Below, in pieces: positions 16,592-25,559 of a DNA stretch of 27,186 bases. Positions within the stretch are counted from its first letter, which is position 1. Every line of letters starts with the position of its first letter. Below the pieces are notes generated by a model. It had not been told where the DNA came from. It saw nothing but the letters and a program-made list of their open reading frames with translations, and searched no databases. The translations under genes were made by a program, and so were the position numbers. The stretch spans positions 1 to 27,186 of the forward strand of contig CAZUNO010000032.1 of the NCBI GenBank assembly GCA_964621445.1. Reading direction: 5' to 3'. The stretch is from Candidatus Hadarchaeota archaeon (GTDB taxonomy: Archaea > CAYQAE01 > CAYVLA01).

Positions 16592-17454
16592 CGACGATCA
16601 ACCCCGTTTTTGGTATCCACAGGTCTGGCAAGGACCGACCTGGCCTTGGATATCCAACGGACCTTGAAACCGGCCTGACGTAGCCTCTCGCAAACCCCTT
16701 TCCTCAGGTCCCTACGCCTGTATCGGGAACCGGGCTGACCGGTGTAGTGAAGTAGAACCCCATCCTCGGCGATCACTCTCCTGAGATTTCGATAGAAGCC
16801 CAGTGAATAGAGATCCCCGGCTAAGGAAAATGTGGGCGGGTCGTGCATGATGGAGCTGAAGTACCCTGAGGGCAATAAGCTAATGAATCTCGCTGCATCA
16901 CAGATAACGATACCAACCTGGTTCCCAGCCATGGAGTCGAACATCACGCGGCTGCATGGATTTAGACGGGCAAGCTCTATCACCGCCATATTCCTTTCCA
17001 GTGTCAGCACCCTTCCGCCCCGGCTTGCCGCTTCCTGACAACTGTATCCGAGCCCGGTGCATATGTCGAGGACCCGGTCGCCCCTTGAGAGATTCAGCAG
17101 ATCAACCTTTATCTTGGCCTCCTCCTCGGGGAGCATATCCTTGGTCCTGTGCATTCTTATTCCGTCTATCTCCAGTGCGGGGTAACCATCGGTCGGTGCG
17201 AGCTTGAAATAGCCATCGCTGAATATCTGAAGTTCATGTAGGCTACCCTCAATTATCGCGTATAGGGCGTTTTCTCTCTTCGCTCTCTCCAGTTCGCTGG
17301 CTGAAATCCTATGCCCGTTCACCGATATCCATCTACCTTCAACCTCCACCTCGGCCCGTAGGCAGGGCAGACCTATGCGGTGGGACCCTTGGCTCAGAGA
17401 GAGAAGTTCCGAGGCCCGTTCGCTATCCAGTACCGGTGGCATCTCCTCTGCCAT
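16588..17454 (-). CDS. Class I SAM-dependent methyltransferase, COG2521-like (archaeal)
   Basis: LEIDGIRMH, VLDICTGLGYS (motif I), IMHDPPTFSLAGDLYS (DPP motif IV) and LHYTGQPG. Confidence 0.8.
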   Translation of the reverse strand: MAEEMPPVLDSERASELLSLSQGSHRIGLPCLRAEVEVEGRWISVNGHRISASELERAKRENALYAIIEGSLHELQIFSDGYFKLAPTDGYPALEIDGIRMHRTKDMLPEEEAKIKVDLLNLSRGDRVLDICTGLGYSCQEAASRGGRVLTLERNMAVIELARLNPCSRVMFDSMAGNQVGIVICDAARFISLLPSGYFSSIMHDPPTFSLAGDLYSLGFYRNLRRVIAEDGVLLHYTGQPGSRYRRRDLRKGVCERLRQAGFKVRWISKARSVLARPVDTKNGVDRR

Positions 17455-18714
17455 TCAGTCACCCCGCCCAATGAGGTAATTCTCCGTTGCATCCACCACG
17501 CAGACCTCCATTCTCGATCCAAGGTCTCTCTCCCCCTGTATTATGATTGGCTTGTAACAATCGTTTCTGGCAACAAATCCTCCCTTTGAGCCCTTCTCGG
17601 AGACCAGGCACTCCCCTTTCCAGCCCAGCCAGAGACGGTTCCTTTCCAGAGTTAGCTCCGATATCGTCCTGGATGCCTTTCTGCTCCTCCTCTTAACCTC
17701 GGAGCCTGGGAGCTCCTTCAACGATGATGCAGGCGTCCCCGGCCTGTGCTCATACTTTGAAAGGTTGACTATATCGGGCTTGGAATCCCTCAGGAACCGT
17801 AAGGTGTAATGGAAGTCCGCCTCCGTTTCCCGTGGGTATCCCACAATGATATCCGTGGAGATGATGAAGTCCTGAAACTCTCTGCGTAGCCTTTCGGACA
17901 TCTCGCTCCATTCCCGGACAGTGTACCTCCGGTTCATTGATTTCAGAACCCCATCACTTCCGGATTGAATGGGCAGGTGGATAAAGTTGTATATTTTGGG
18001 ATCTTGATAGATTTCAAGCAACTCGGGCAGAACCGTTTTGAGGCTGGAGGGGTTCATCATTCCCAGCCTGATTCGGATATCATCCACCAATTCCAGGATA
18101 TTTCTGAGAAGAACGGGAAGCCCTGCCCCGGCTCCATCCATTCCATATGCTGCTAGGTCCTGGGCAGTTAGCCAGAGCTCGTGCACGCCCTTGTCGACTA
18201 GCCTTTGAACCTCTTCCAGGATCAGGATCATGGGGTATGATCTAAGGTCCCCCTTGATTCTCCTGACCACACAATAGGTGCACCTGCCAAGACAACCGCT
18301 GGAAATGGGCACGATTCCTATGCCGGGCCTATGGAGTGGCCTGTCACCGAAAGGTACCTTTTCTTTCTCCTCGTTCCCGTGTCGATCCTTTATCGCCGGT
18401 GGTATGAGGTGGTATTCATTGGTCCCGAATTTGATGGAATCTGGCGACACCGAATCCAGCAATTCACGCTGGACGGTGGGCATGCACCCGGCCACCACCA
18501 GATTCTTGTTTTCGTATCTGCTGTCTATCTCCTTTATCCGGCGGACCATCCTCCTCTCCGTTCGGGCCTTAACCGTACAGGTGTTGATCACTATGAAATC
18601 GGCCTTTTCGGGCTCCGATGCGATCTCCAGGCCATGTGAGACCAGCATACCTTCGAGGTATTCACCCAGTGCCTGGTTGGTTGAACACCCATAGCTCTCG
18701 ATATAGACCTTCAT
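17455..18714 (-). CDS. mtaB: tRNA t6A37 methylthiotransferase (archaeal MtaB/CDKAL1-like radical SAM)
   Basis: UPF0004 domain (SYGC, NTCTVK, VAGC), radical SAM motif CLGRCTYC, TDIIVGYPRET and a C-terminal TRAM-like domain. Confidence 0.88.
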   Translation of the reverse strand: MKVYIESYGCSTNQALGEYLEGMLVSHGLEIASEPEKADFIVINTCTVKARTERRMVRRIKEIDSRYENKNLVVAGCMPTVQRELLDSVSPDSIKFGTNEYHLIPPAIKDRHGNEEKEKVPFGDRPLHRPGIGIVPISSGCLGRCTYCVVRRIKGDLRSYPMILILEEVQRLVDKGVHELWLTAQDLAAYGMDGAGAGLPVLLRNILELVDDIRIRLGMMNPSSLKTVLPELLEIYQDPKIYNFIHLPIQSGSDGVLKSMNRRYTVREWSEMSERLRREFQDFIISTDIIVGYPRETEADFHYTLRFLRDSKPDIVNLSKYEHRPGTPASSLKELPGSEVKRRSRKASRTISELTLERNRLWLGWKGECLVSEKGSKGGFVARNDCYKPIIIQGERDLGSRMEVCVVDATENYLIGRGD

Positions 18715-18778
18715 GGGGATATCTACCGGCTGTCAGTTTTGGACAACCTTTTTCAGGAAATCATAAAAATAGTCCCGT

Positions 18779-19516
18779 ATGCAGGACGAGGTAAGGAAAA
18801 TTGAGAAATATGTTCAGATTCCTCATGTTTACGGAGTAGATATATCATTTCGAAAGTACGGCGTGTTTCGCAAGGACCCTAAGTTCGAGATCTACGTGCG
18901 GGAGGAGGGAGAGGGCATAAGAAAGATGCTCGAAAGAAGGGTTCTTAGGAGATCGATTGTATCGGATGAGAACAGGATTTTTGAAAACGCCAAGAAGGCC
19001 ACCATCGGGGAGAACAAGGTAAAGGTCCTTGATCTAAGCGATTTGGTGATCCAGATACTGGGTCAGGACCGTCCCTTACCGGCCCTGGTCTCCTCAATAC
19101 CGGTCTCCTTGGCCCTACACCCACAATCAATCGACCCTAGACACGTCATTTCGGTAACCCAGGACAAGAGCTTCATACAGAAACTGGGCCTCCTGTTCGA
19201 GATCGCGGATTATCTCAATCCGGATCCCGACGTTAAGAGGAAACTGAGGATACTTAGACGCTTCTATCCCTTCCAGGATTCCGTTTGGATATTGAATCCT
19301 CCCCCTTCGGAGTCCTCAGAGAAGGATGAGGAGACCAGGAGCAAGAACAGGATCCTGACCATCCAGAGTTTCTGGAAATGTTTTCAGACTCCGCTAATGG
19401 AGGAGTTCGAGGCACAGTTTAGACTACATGTACCGGAGGAGAGGATGAAATGGAGATATCAGCAGCGGATTACGAAAAAGTTCTCAGAAAGGGGCATACG
19501 AGTGAGGAAGTTATAG
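18779..19516 (+). CDS. Hypothetical protein, weakly AbiEi-antitoxin-like
   Basis: 245 aa. KVLDLSDLVIQIL...IQKLGLLFEI resembles the AbiEi C-terminal pattern; overlaps a nucleotidyltransferase-like gene. Confidence 0.5.
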   Translation: MQDEVRKIEKYVQIPHVYGVDISFRKYGVFRKDPKFEIYVREEGEGIRKMLERRVLRRSIVSDENRIFENAKKATIGENKVKVLDLSDLVIQILGQDRPLPALVSSIPVSLALHPQSIDPRHVISVTQDKSFIQKLGLLFEIADYLNPDPDVKRKLRILRRFYPFQDSVWILNPPPSESSEKDEETRSKNRILTIQSFWKCFQTPLMEEFEAQFRLHVPEERMKWRYQQRITKKFSERGIRVRKL

Positions 19517-20103
19517 AAGGTCTGAAGGAGATCAACGACATCCTCGACCGTCGAATGGATGTTCTACTGATTGGGGGAGCTCCCCTTGTTTTGAGGACCT
19601 GGAAGAAGACCTGCAGTCAGATTGAACTGGCCTTCATGAAGGAGGAGGACCTTCAAAATTTCGTGGACGCCCTGCTGGAAGCAGGATATGAGGAAACCCT
19701 CTATATGCGCTATAAGAAGTACCTCACCATGGATCTCTACCTTAAATCCTTCTCGGAGTTCATGATCAGCGAGGAGATGATGAGAAGGGCCTTCAGTACC
19801 GATCTTGGCAGTCTAACTCTGCAGATAGCGAGTCCCGAGGACGTAATACTCCTTAAATCCAGTACAACCCTGGATAGCGACTATATGGATATAAGGCTGC
19901 TCCTAAACAAGATAAAGCCACAATGGGACATAATAGCCGATGAACTGGACGTGCAGCTAAACGAGCTTTGCGCAAGTGATTACGCGGGTATAATGTTCCT
20001 GGCCACGGTGAATGATCTAAAGAGGAGGAAGTACCAGATACCGGACGAGGTCCGCTCCTCGATAATAAGATCTCTTCAGAAACCAATTGCTCCAAGTTCC
20101 TAG
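19450..20103 (+). CDS. Nucleotidyltransferase-fold protein (DUF6036/AbiEii-like) with degenerate catalytic motif
   Basis: LLIGGAPL...KTCSQIEL in place of GG...TxDID, then MDLY, ASPEDVILLK and DYMDI; GAGGA RBS. Confidence 0.65.
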   Translation: MEISAADYEKVLRKGHTSEEVIEGLKEINDILDRRMDVLLIGGAPLVLRTWKKTCSQIELAFMKEEDLQNFVDALLEAGYEETLYMRYKKYLTMDLYLKSFSEFMISEEMMRRAFSTDLGSLTLQIASPEDVILLKSSTTLDSDYMDIRLLLNKIKPQWDIIADELDVQLNELCASDYAGIMFLATVNDLKRRKYQIPDEVRSSIIRSLQKPIAPSS

Positions 20104-20112
20104 ATACTATGG

Positions 20113-21546
20113 CTAAAGGCGGCTTACGGTCCTCTTCATAAGTTCAGAAATCCGTCTTTCGGCCTTCTCAACCGGTGCTCCTGCACGAAGACATACGGAC
20201 ATGAAAACGTCCTCCAGGCTCATCAGTAGGATCTTCCTATCGCTCCGTGTTATTCGCTCCGTCTTTACCCTGTCCGTGCTTTTTGGATTTTCCTCGCGGA
20301 TAAGCACGCTTTCGCTCAAAGCCTCAGCCTCTTCATCGGAGGGCATATGTGAGAAGAGAACTCGATCCTTGTAGAGGACCACCAGCCCGGCCACCCCGGC
20401 GGTATCCAGGTCGGTGAGTAGGTCAACCATCCATGCGGGAGTGAATTCCTTCCTGCATACCCTATCAGTGCTCTTTATCCTCATCTTGACCGGGGTGTCC
20501 ATGTATTTCTGGAGTATTGCGGCGACCACCATGTCAGGAAGGCACCCGTGGGTCAGGGATCTTTTCTTTCTGATCTCGCAACTATCGAAACCGTTGCATC
20601 CCTGGACCTCCATTACCATGCTTCTGGACTCGGTCCTAATGTCCACCCGTTCAGCTCCAGAGAGCTCCTTGTGTATTCTTGCCAGCTGCTTCGAGAAGCT
20701 TTCGGTGCTTATTGCGTCCTTTCCTAGATCTCCGATTCTGGATTTGGTCCAGGACTCTATCTCGTTTCCGATCTGCCGATTAATTTCACACACGATGGGA
20801 TATGAGGCCCAGTTCTCGCGGTTTTGGAGTTTCTCTTCCAGATCGGAAAGCTCTTTGCTTATACGTTTCTTGATCTCGATTTTGGTGGGGGCATTCATCA
20901 TGACACTTCCAAATTTATTCAATTTCAAGGCCCCATGAATCCGTTTGATTTCGGAGGCCCCGCTAGATTTCCATCCGTTAATCCCCCTTACTAGAGCGAA
21001 ATCGTGGCTATTCACCACATCGCTAATCTCCCCTTGGGTACGGCCGTCTGAAGGGTATGAGCATAGGGCCATCATCTGATAATCATGTATGGTGTTTTCT
21101 ATACCCTTCTCATAAACCATCAGTTCTTCCCAGTATTCGGAGCTCACTTGCCCCATATTTCCTGTTCCTCTGAGGCCCTCGTATCCCTCATCGAGGGCTT
21201 TCTCGAATTCCTCCATTAGAAGCCCAAGAGAGTCCTTTACGCTAAAATCACCATTACGAAAATACCAATCATTATCCTCGATGATTTTAATGGCCCCATT
21301 CTCCAGAAATTTTCCCAAGCGATGATCAATCAGGCTCTTCTCGGCCTTTCGGTTGCCCAATGGGTCAGAGGTTACCCATATGCACCGCTCGTTGGAGAGC
21401 AGTCCCTTCTGGAGATATGGGATTAGAACTTCCAGTAAATCATCCGGTTGGTCATAGAATTGACAGATATGGCTACCCCGAGGGTTTCCGCCCATCGCTT
21501 CTATTCCAATTTGCCTCATACCCTGCATCCTGCTCACCAATCTCAA
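20113..21546 (-). CDS. MEDS-domain sensory protein with additional Cys-containing V4R/MetOD1-like and roadblock-like domains
   Basis: GSHICQFY...YLQKGLLSNERCIWV...GYEGLRGTG...YE...ALCSY is a clear MEDS domain; the downstream domain calls are weaker. Confidence 0.75.
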   Translation of the reverse strand: MRLVSRMQGMRQIGIEAMGGNPRGSHICQFYDQPDDLLEVLIPYLQKGLLSNERCIWVTSDPLGNRKAEKSLIDHRLGKFLENGAIKIIEDNDWYFRNGDFSVKDSLGLLMEEFEKALDEGYEGLRGTGNMGQVSSEYWEELMVYEKGIENTIHDYQMMALCSYPSDGRTQGEISDVVNSHDFALVRGINGWKSSGASEIKRIHGALKLNKFGSVMMNAPTKIEIKKRISKELSDLEEKLQNRENWASYPIVCEINRQIGNEIESWTKSRIGDLGKDAISTESFSKQLARIHKELSGAERVDIRTESRSMVMEVQGCNGFDSCEIRKKRSLTHGCLPDMVVAAILQKYMDTPVKMRIKSTDRVCRKEFTPAWMVDLLTDLDTAGVAGLVVLYKDRVLFSHMPSDEEAEALSESVLIREENPKSTDRVKTERITRSDRKILLMSLEDVFMSVCLRAGAPVEKAERRISELMKRTVSRL

Positions 21547-22115
21547 TTCGTGGTTGACGTGGTAACTCCCTGGAGAATATCCGAGGCAGCCTTCCTGTTT
21601 AGCATATAGGAACGGTCCCGCTTGATCACTAGGCCCTCATCGGTAAGTAAGTTCAGCCTCTCCTTCACTTCTATTGCCCAGGCCCCGGCCTCGGCCGAAA
21701 CCTGTCGCAGTGTAAGGCCGTCCTGAGACTGTAGCAGGGATTCCACTATCTGCCTGGCCAGGTCATCCTCCGATAGAAGCTGTTGAATCCGGTCCCTGCC
21801 GGGTACTCCTTTGAGAGTCAGTGAAATGTTAGGTTCCTCCACCAAGCTCCCGATCCATTTCACCTTGTCGTGAAGTTTGTACATATTCCGCCTGGAAACG
21901 GTCCTGCTTTCCAGGATATCTGCCTCACGGAAGTCCCTTATGATCCTGTAGACGGTACGTTTGGATACGTCCGTACTCTCAACGATATCGGCAACGGAAG
22001 CAAATGAATCCATTCTGGTCAAGGCACGGAAGATGAGAAGATGTTTGGGGCTGGCAAATACCTTGGAAATCATGTCTATACGGTCCTCGGTTTCCTCGGG
22101 AAGGGTTATCTCCAT
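21543..22115 (-). CDS. Tandem winged-helix transcriptional regulator
   Basis: Two HTH units (SVADIVESTDVSKRTVYRII; LTLRQVSAEAG...LNLLTDEGLV). Start set at ATG 22115 after GAGGAGG (track start 22223); TTGA overlap with the MEDS gene. Confidence 0.8.
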   Translation of the reverse strand: MEITLPEETEDRIDMISKVFASPKHLLIFRALTRMDSFASVADIVESTDVSKRTVYRIIRDFREADILESRTVSRRNMYKLHDKVKWIGSLVEEPNISLTLKGVPGRDRIQQLLSEDDLARQIVESLLQSQDGLTLRQVSAEAGAWAIEVKERLNLLTDEGLVIKRDRSYMLNRKAASDILQGVTTSTTN

Positions 22116-22388
22116 GTGATTACCCTCCTCGGGGAACGTAGCTTCCGAAAAATGCCCTTCGGTATGAATGCCCGGTTCCAAAAATGAACTCCTTGCTACT
22201 GCAACGGATTCCATGATCGTCAAGTAAATTGAAACTACGCAAATTAATAAACAATTTCAATCATCCTCTGCAGAGACAATTTTTGTCTTTATTGAAAAGT
22301 ATGACTGTAGTTCTGGTATTGATTCCCCTGACCTTGAATATGAATTATAAACCGAAGACTTTTTAGCTTTGGATGAATCACATATATC

Positions 22389-23612
22389 ATGAGATCAGAG
22401 TTCCTTGCCTTAGTACTCCTGCTGTGCTTTTTGCCTGGTTTAGTCAATGCTGAACCCCGCGTGGACCCGGAGACGGGAAGAATACGACTATTACACATTG
22501 GTAAGGCATGGGGCCAGAGTAATGCCCCGGGCCCAGCTTTCATGCAGGACCCCAAGATCGAGTGGACCCCGGTCCCTGCCCACGCCTGGTCGATGGGCAA
22601 GGAGGCACTTAGAAATCTACGTCTATACCTGCCCAGGTCCCAGCAACACTTCCTTGATAGTTATGATGTGGTGGGTATTGATGGAATGCAATCACTCGAT
22701 CTGAGGGAAACCTTCCAGCGTTGGCTGGTGGATGGGGTGGAAACCGGGGGAATGAATTTCGTCATGGCCGATGATTCGTCCTCATTCGGTACAAGCGGGA
22801 GCCACCCATCTTGGTATATTGTGCCCATCGGTGATATACTTCCGGTTATGGATGAACCGGTTGGGGGGTCGCCCTATGGGCCGGAACACGCCTTTCATGT
22901 CGTGCCCCAGATACCAGGGCATGAATTCACGCGTAACGTTCCCTGGAATGAGGTGTGGATGGCCGCGGCAAATCGCCCCTGGCCCAAGACCGGTTCCACC
23001 GTGGTTACCAGGATGTCGGGGGAGATAGCGATTAATAGGAACCAGGTCCAGATGGTGTACTGGGACTACCCCACGGGCGGAGGACGCTCCGTGGCCTGGA
23101 TCCATCGCTGGGTTGGCAACAGGGAATTCTGGAGATGGAAATACAGCAATGATATTGCTGCCCACGTTATCTACTATACCTCGAGAGTTCCCATCCCAGA
23201 GGATCTAACCCTGATTCATAGTATCAGGGGGCTACTCGGGGACTACTACTTTGATAAGATATATGTCATATCGACCATGGAGTTTGCCGATAACTTTGGG
23301 GCAAACATTAGACCCCTAGAAATGAAGTTGGATGAACTCGACGACAAGAAATCAAATGCTGACCAGCTCTGGATTGACCAGGAATACGAGGAGGCGGGGG
23401 TAGCTCTGCAGGAGGCCCTTGAGGGATTAGAGGAGTTGATCCGTGACGCCATTAGGGCCAAGGACAGAGCGATGCTATGGATATTTGTCATCGAATGGTT
23501 GGTGGTTACCGGTACCAGTATGATCGCTGGAGCTCTTCTCTGGACGCTAATGGTCAAGAGAAAGCTTTACAGAGAGGTCGGGGAGACCAAACTGAAGATG
23601 ACCGATGAATAA
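22389..23612 (+). CDS. Secreted, C-terminally anchored protein with possible class I glutamine amidotransferase-like fold
   Basis: Signal peptide, LDSYDVV...GGMNFVM...GGGRSVAW pattern, coiled segment, C-terminal TM followed by KRK. Confidence 0.6.
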   Translation: MRSEFLALVLLLCFLPGLVNAEPRVDPETGRIRLLHIGKAWGQSNAPGPAFMQDPKIEWTPVPAHAWSMGKEALRNLRLYLPRSQQHFLDSYDVVGIDGMQSLDLRETFQRWLVDGVETGGMNFVMADDSSSFGTSGSHPSWYIVPIGDILPVMDEPVGGSPYGPEHAFHVVPQIPGHEFTRNVPWNEVWMAAANRPWPKTGSTVVTRMSGEIAINRNQVQMVYWDYPTGGGRSVAWIHRWVGNREFWRWKYSNDIAAHVIYYTSRVPIPEDLTLIHSIRGLLGDYYFDKIYVISTMEFADNFGANIRPLEMKLDELDDKKSNADQLWIDQEYEEAGVALQEALEGLEELIRDAIRAKDRAMLWIFVIEWLVVTGTSMIAGALLWTLMVKRKLYREVGETKLKMTDE

Positions 23613-23621
23613 ATAGATGGA

Positions 23622-24512
23622 TTGAAGGTGTTCGTCTTGGAAAGGGAACTTATTGGTATTCTTTTGATATGTCTGGTGGCATCTACGGTCGCGGTTTTCA
23701 TATTTTTTGGAGAACATGCTGAAAACAGGATAGAGATCCTGAAGGTGGATTATCCCGAAAGCGGCGATATTAGAGCCGACAAGAAATTCGGGCTCAATGT
23801 GATGGCCAGAAAGAATGTGCAGAGCCTGAGGGTACAGTACTCCTATCTCAAATACATACCCCAGTTAGAGGTTAAGGAGTTGTACCAGATCGAGGGATTC
23901 AATGAATCAGTTCGGTCTGATGAAAACACCCTCGAATATTTGGTCATACCCGAAGGCACCAGAGAGTTAAGGGGGGCCCTGCCAACCGATGTGGGATTTC
24001 TAACCCAGACCGGAAAGGCACTTCTGGAATACAGAAAGGGCCTCCAGATAAAGAAGACGGAGGTGAGCATTCGTTTCTATGACTACAGCGAGATGCTTCG
24101 CTGGGTTCCGCCCTCCTCATATCCTGACGTGTTCCGTGCCACCACCCAGTTCGCATTCGTGACAATTCCCGAGGGGAATATATCCGTCTTGAAGGGTTGC
24201 TCGGATTTTTACATTAACAGAGAGGAATCGCTAACCGAGGTGGAGGTTGGAAAGGATGACAATTCCACCGCGTATCATAACCCTGAGATAAGGGAGGTCC
24301 CACCTAACTCGAATCATGTGAACGAGGCCCCGCCGTTTGGAACCATAGAATACGGGGAGCTAAAAAAGGGGGAGAGAGCCTACCTCTCATTCATCACCAG
24401 GGACCTCGCAAGCCCGGCCATACAGGTGATCAGGTTCTGGGTTAACGGGGAGCTACTGGAGGATGAAACGAGATTCAACATCATAGGCAATCCAGTTCAG
24501 CTACGCGGGTGA
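23622..24512 (+). CDS. Hypothetical N-terminally anchored membrane protein
   Basis: 296-aa ORF 9 bp after the previous gene; single N-terminal TM; sequons NES, NIS, NST. Confidence 0.65.
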   Translation: MKVFVLERELIGILLICLVASTVAVFIFFGEHAENRIEILKVDYPESGDIRADKKFGLNVMARKNVQSLRVQYSYLKYIPQLEVKELYQIEGFNESVRSDENTLEYLVIPEGTRELRGALPTDVGFLTQTGKALLEYRKGLQIKKTEVSIRFYDYSEMLRWVPPSSYPDVFRATTQFAFVTIPEGNISVLKGCSDFYINREESLTEVEVGKDDNSTAYHNPEIREVPPNSNHVNEAPPFGTIEYGELKKGERAYLSFITRDLASPAIQVIRFWVNGELLEDETRFNIIGNPVQLRG

Positions 24513-24535
24513 TCCAGCCTGCCTAGGACAATAAA

Positions 24536-25467
24536 GGTTCTATTCAGTTGCTGTGAGTAAGCTTTTTGGTGTTGAGGTGTTTTTTGGCTTGGCATGGGTT
24601 TGAAGGAGCTGTGGTTTTTTGAGGATGTGGTGTTCGACACTAGGGAGCTCCAGGTCGATATCTATGTTGGGTTTAGGACTGGGGCGAGGTTGCCTTGTCC
24701 TGAGTGCGAAGGTTTGTGTCCGGTTCATGACACGGCGGAGCGTACTTGGAGGCATCTGAACTTCTTCCAGTACCCTGGACTACATCCATGCCAAGATGCC
24801 CAGGGTTATGTACGAGAATCACGGCACCAGGAGAGTTAAGGTCCCCTGGTCTAGGCCTAAGTCTAGATTCTCTGAGGCCTTCGAGATTTTCTTGGTCGTG
24901 TTGTGCAAATAGATGGCGGTGGCGACGGCCTCCAGGATCATATGCATCCATCCTGGCTCTGCGTGGCGCACATTTCACCACTACGTGCAGGAATCGAGGA
25001 AGAGGCATGACCTATCCGGCTTAAGGAAGGTGGGTGTGGATGAAGCCGCAGTCAGGAAGGGGCATAACTATGTCTCGGTGTTTTATCACATCGACAGATC
25101 CACCAGTTCTGTTTCGACATGTCCCCAGCATACGTCCTGGTGACAACACACCGACCCCATTGAAGCTGAGAGATACCTCAAGAAGTGGTACTTCCTGTCC
25201 ACCCACATTCGCCTCGAACCAAATCCTCAAAGCCGCTAAAACCGTCAAAAACACTGGAACTGAATCCTACAGTTCATCCACAGCCAAACGAGCAACGGCA
25301 TAATCGAGCGACCCATCAACAAGATCAAGACAGCCATGAGAAGGGCCTACGGATTCAAGAAGATCAAATATCTCAAAACCATCATATACCTCGTAGCAGG
25401 AGACCTAGACCTACCCACCACAAAACTTCACACAACTATAACCACTCACCCAAAACTGAAGAGAACC
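24536..25467 (+). mobile_element. Degenerate ISL3-family insertion sequence (932 bp)
   Basis: Left IR GGTTCTATTCAGTTGCTGTGAGT and right IR (reverse complement) GGTTCTCTTCAGTTTTGGGTGAGT; flanks ACAATAAA (24528-24535) and ACACTAAA (25468-25475) form an 8-bp TSD with one mismatch. Confidence 0.88.
24594..25467 (+). pseudogene. ISL3 transposase pseudogene
   Basis: Fragments in shifting frames: CPEC...HDTAERTWRHL, VPW, GVDEAAVRKGHNYVSVF, DMSPAY, YLKKWYF, SNGIIE..INKIKTAMRRAYGF; internal stops, frameshifts and deletions. Confidence 0.88.
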
Positions 25468-25559
25468 ACACTAAACCTATAGTTAGGGTTTTGGGATCTT
25501 TAGCGTTTCTTGTCTCCGGCTCTTTTCGATCCCGGGGTGTATTTCTCTAAATATCGAAA

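Noticed and set aside
22116-22223. N-terminal extension of the wHTH ORF and short hairpins in this stretch
   Set aside because: A strong RBS precedes ATG 22115; the hairpins are short and match no motif I recognise.
24673-25550. Several 70-120 aa ORFs on both strands within the IS
   Set aside because: They are out-of-frame or antisense pieces of the broken ISL3 transposase.
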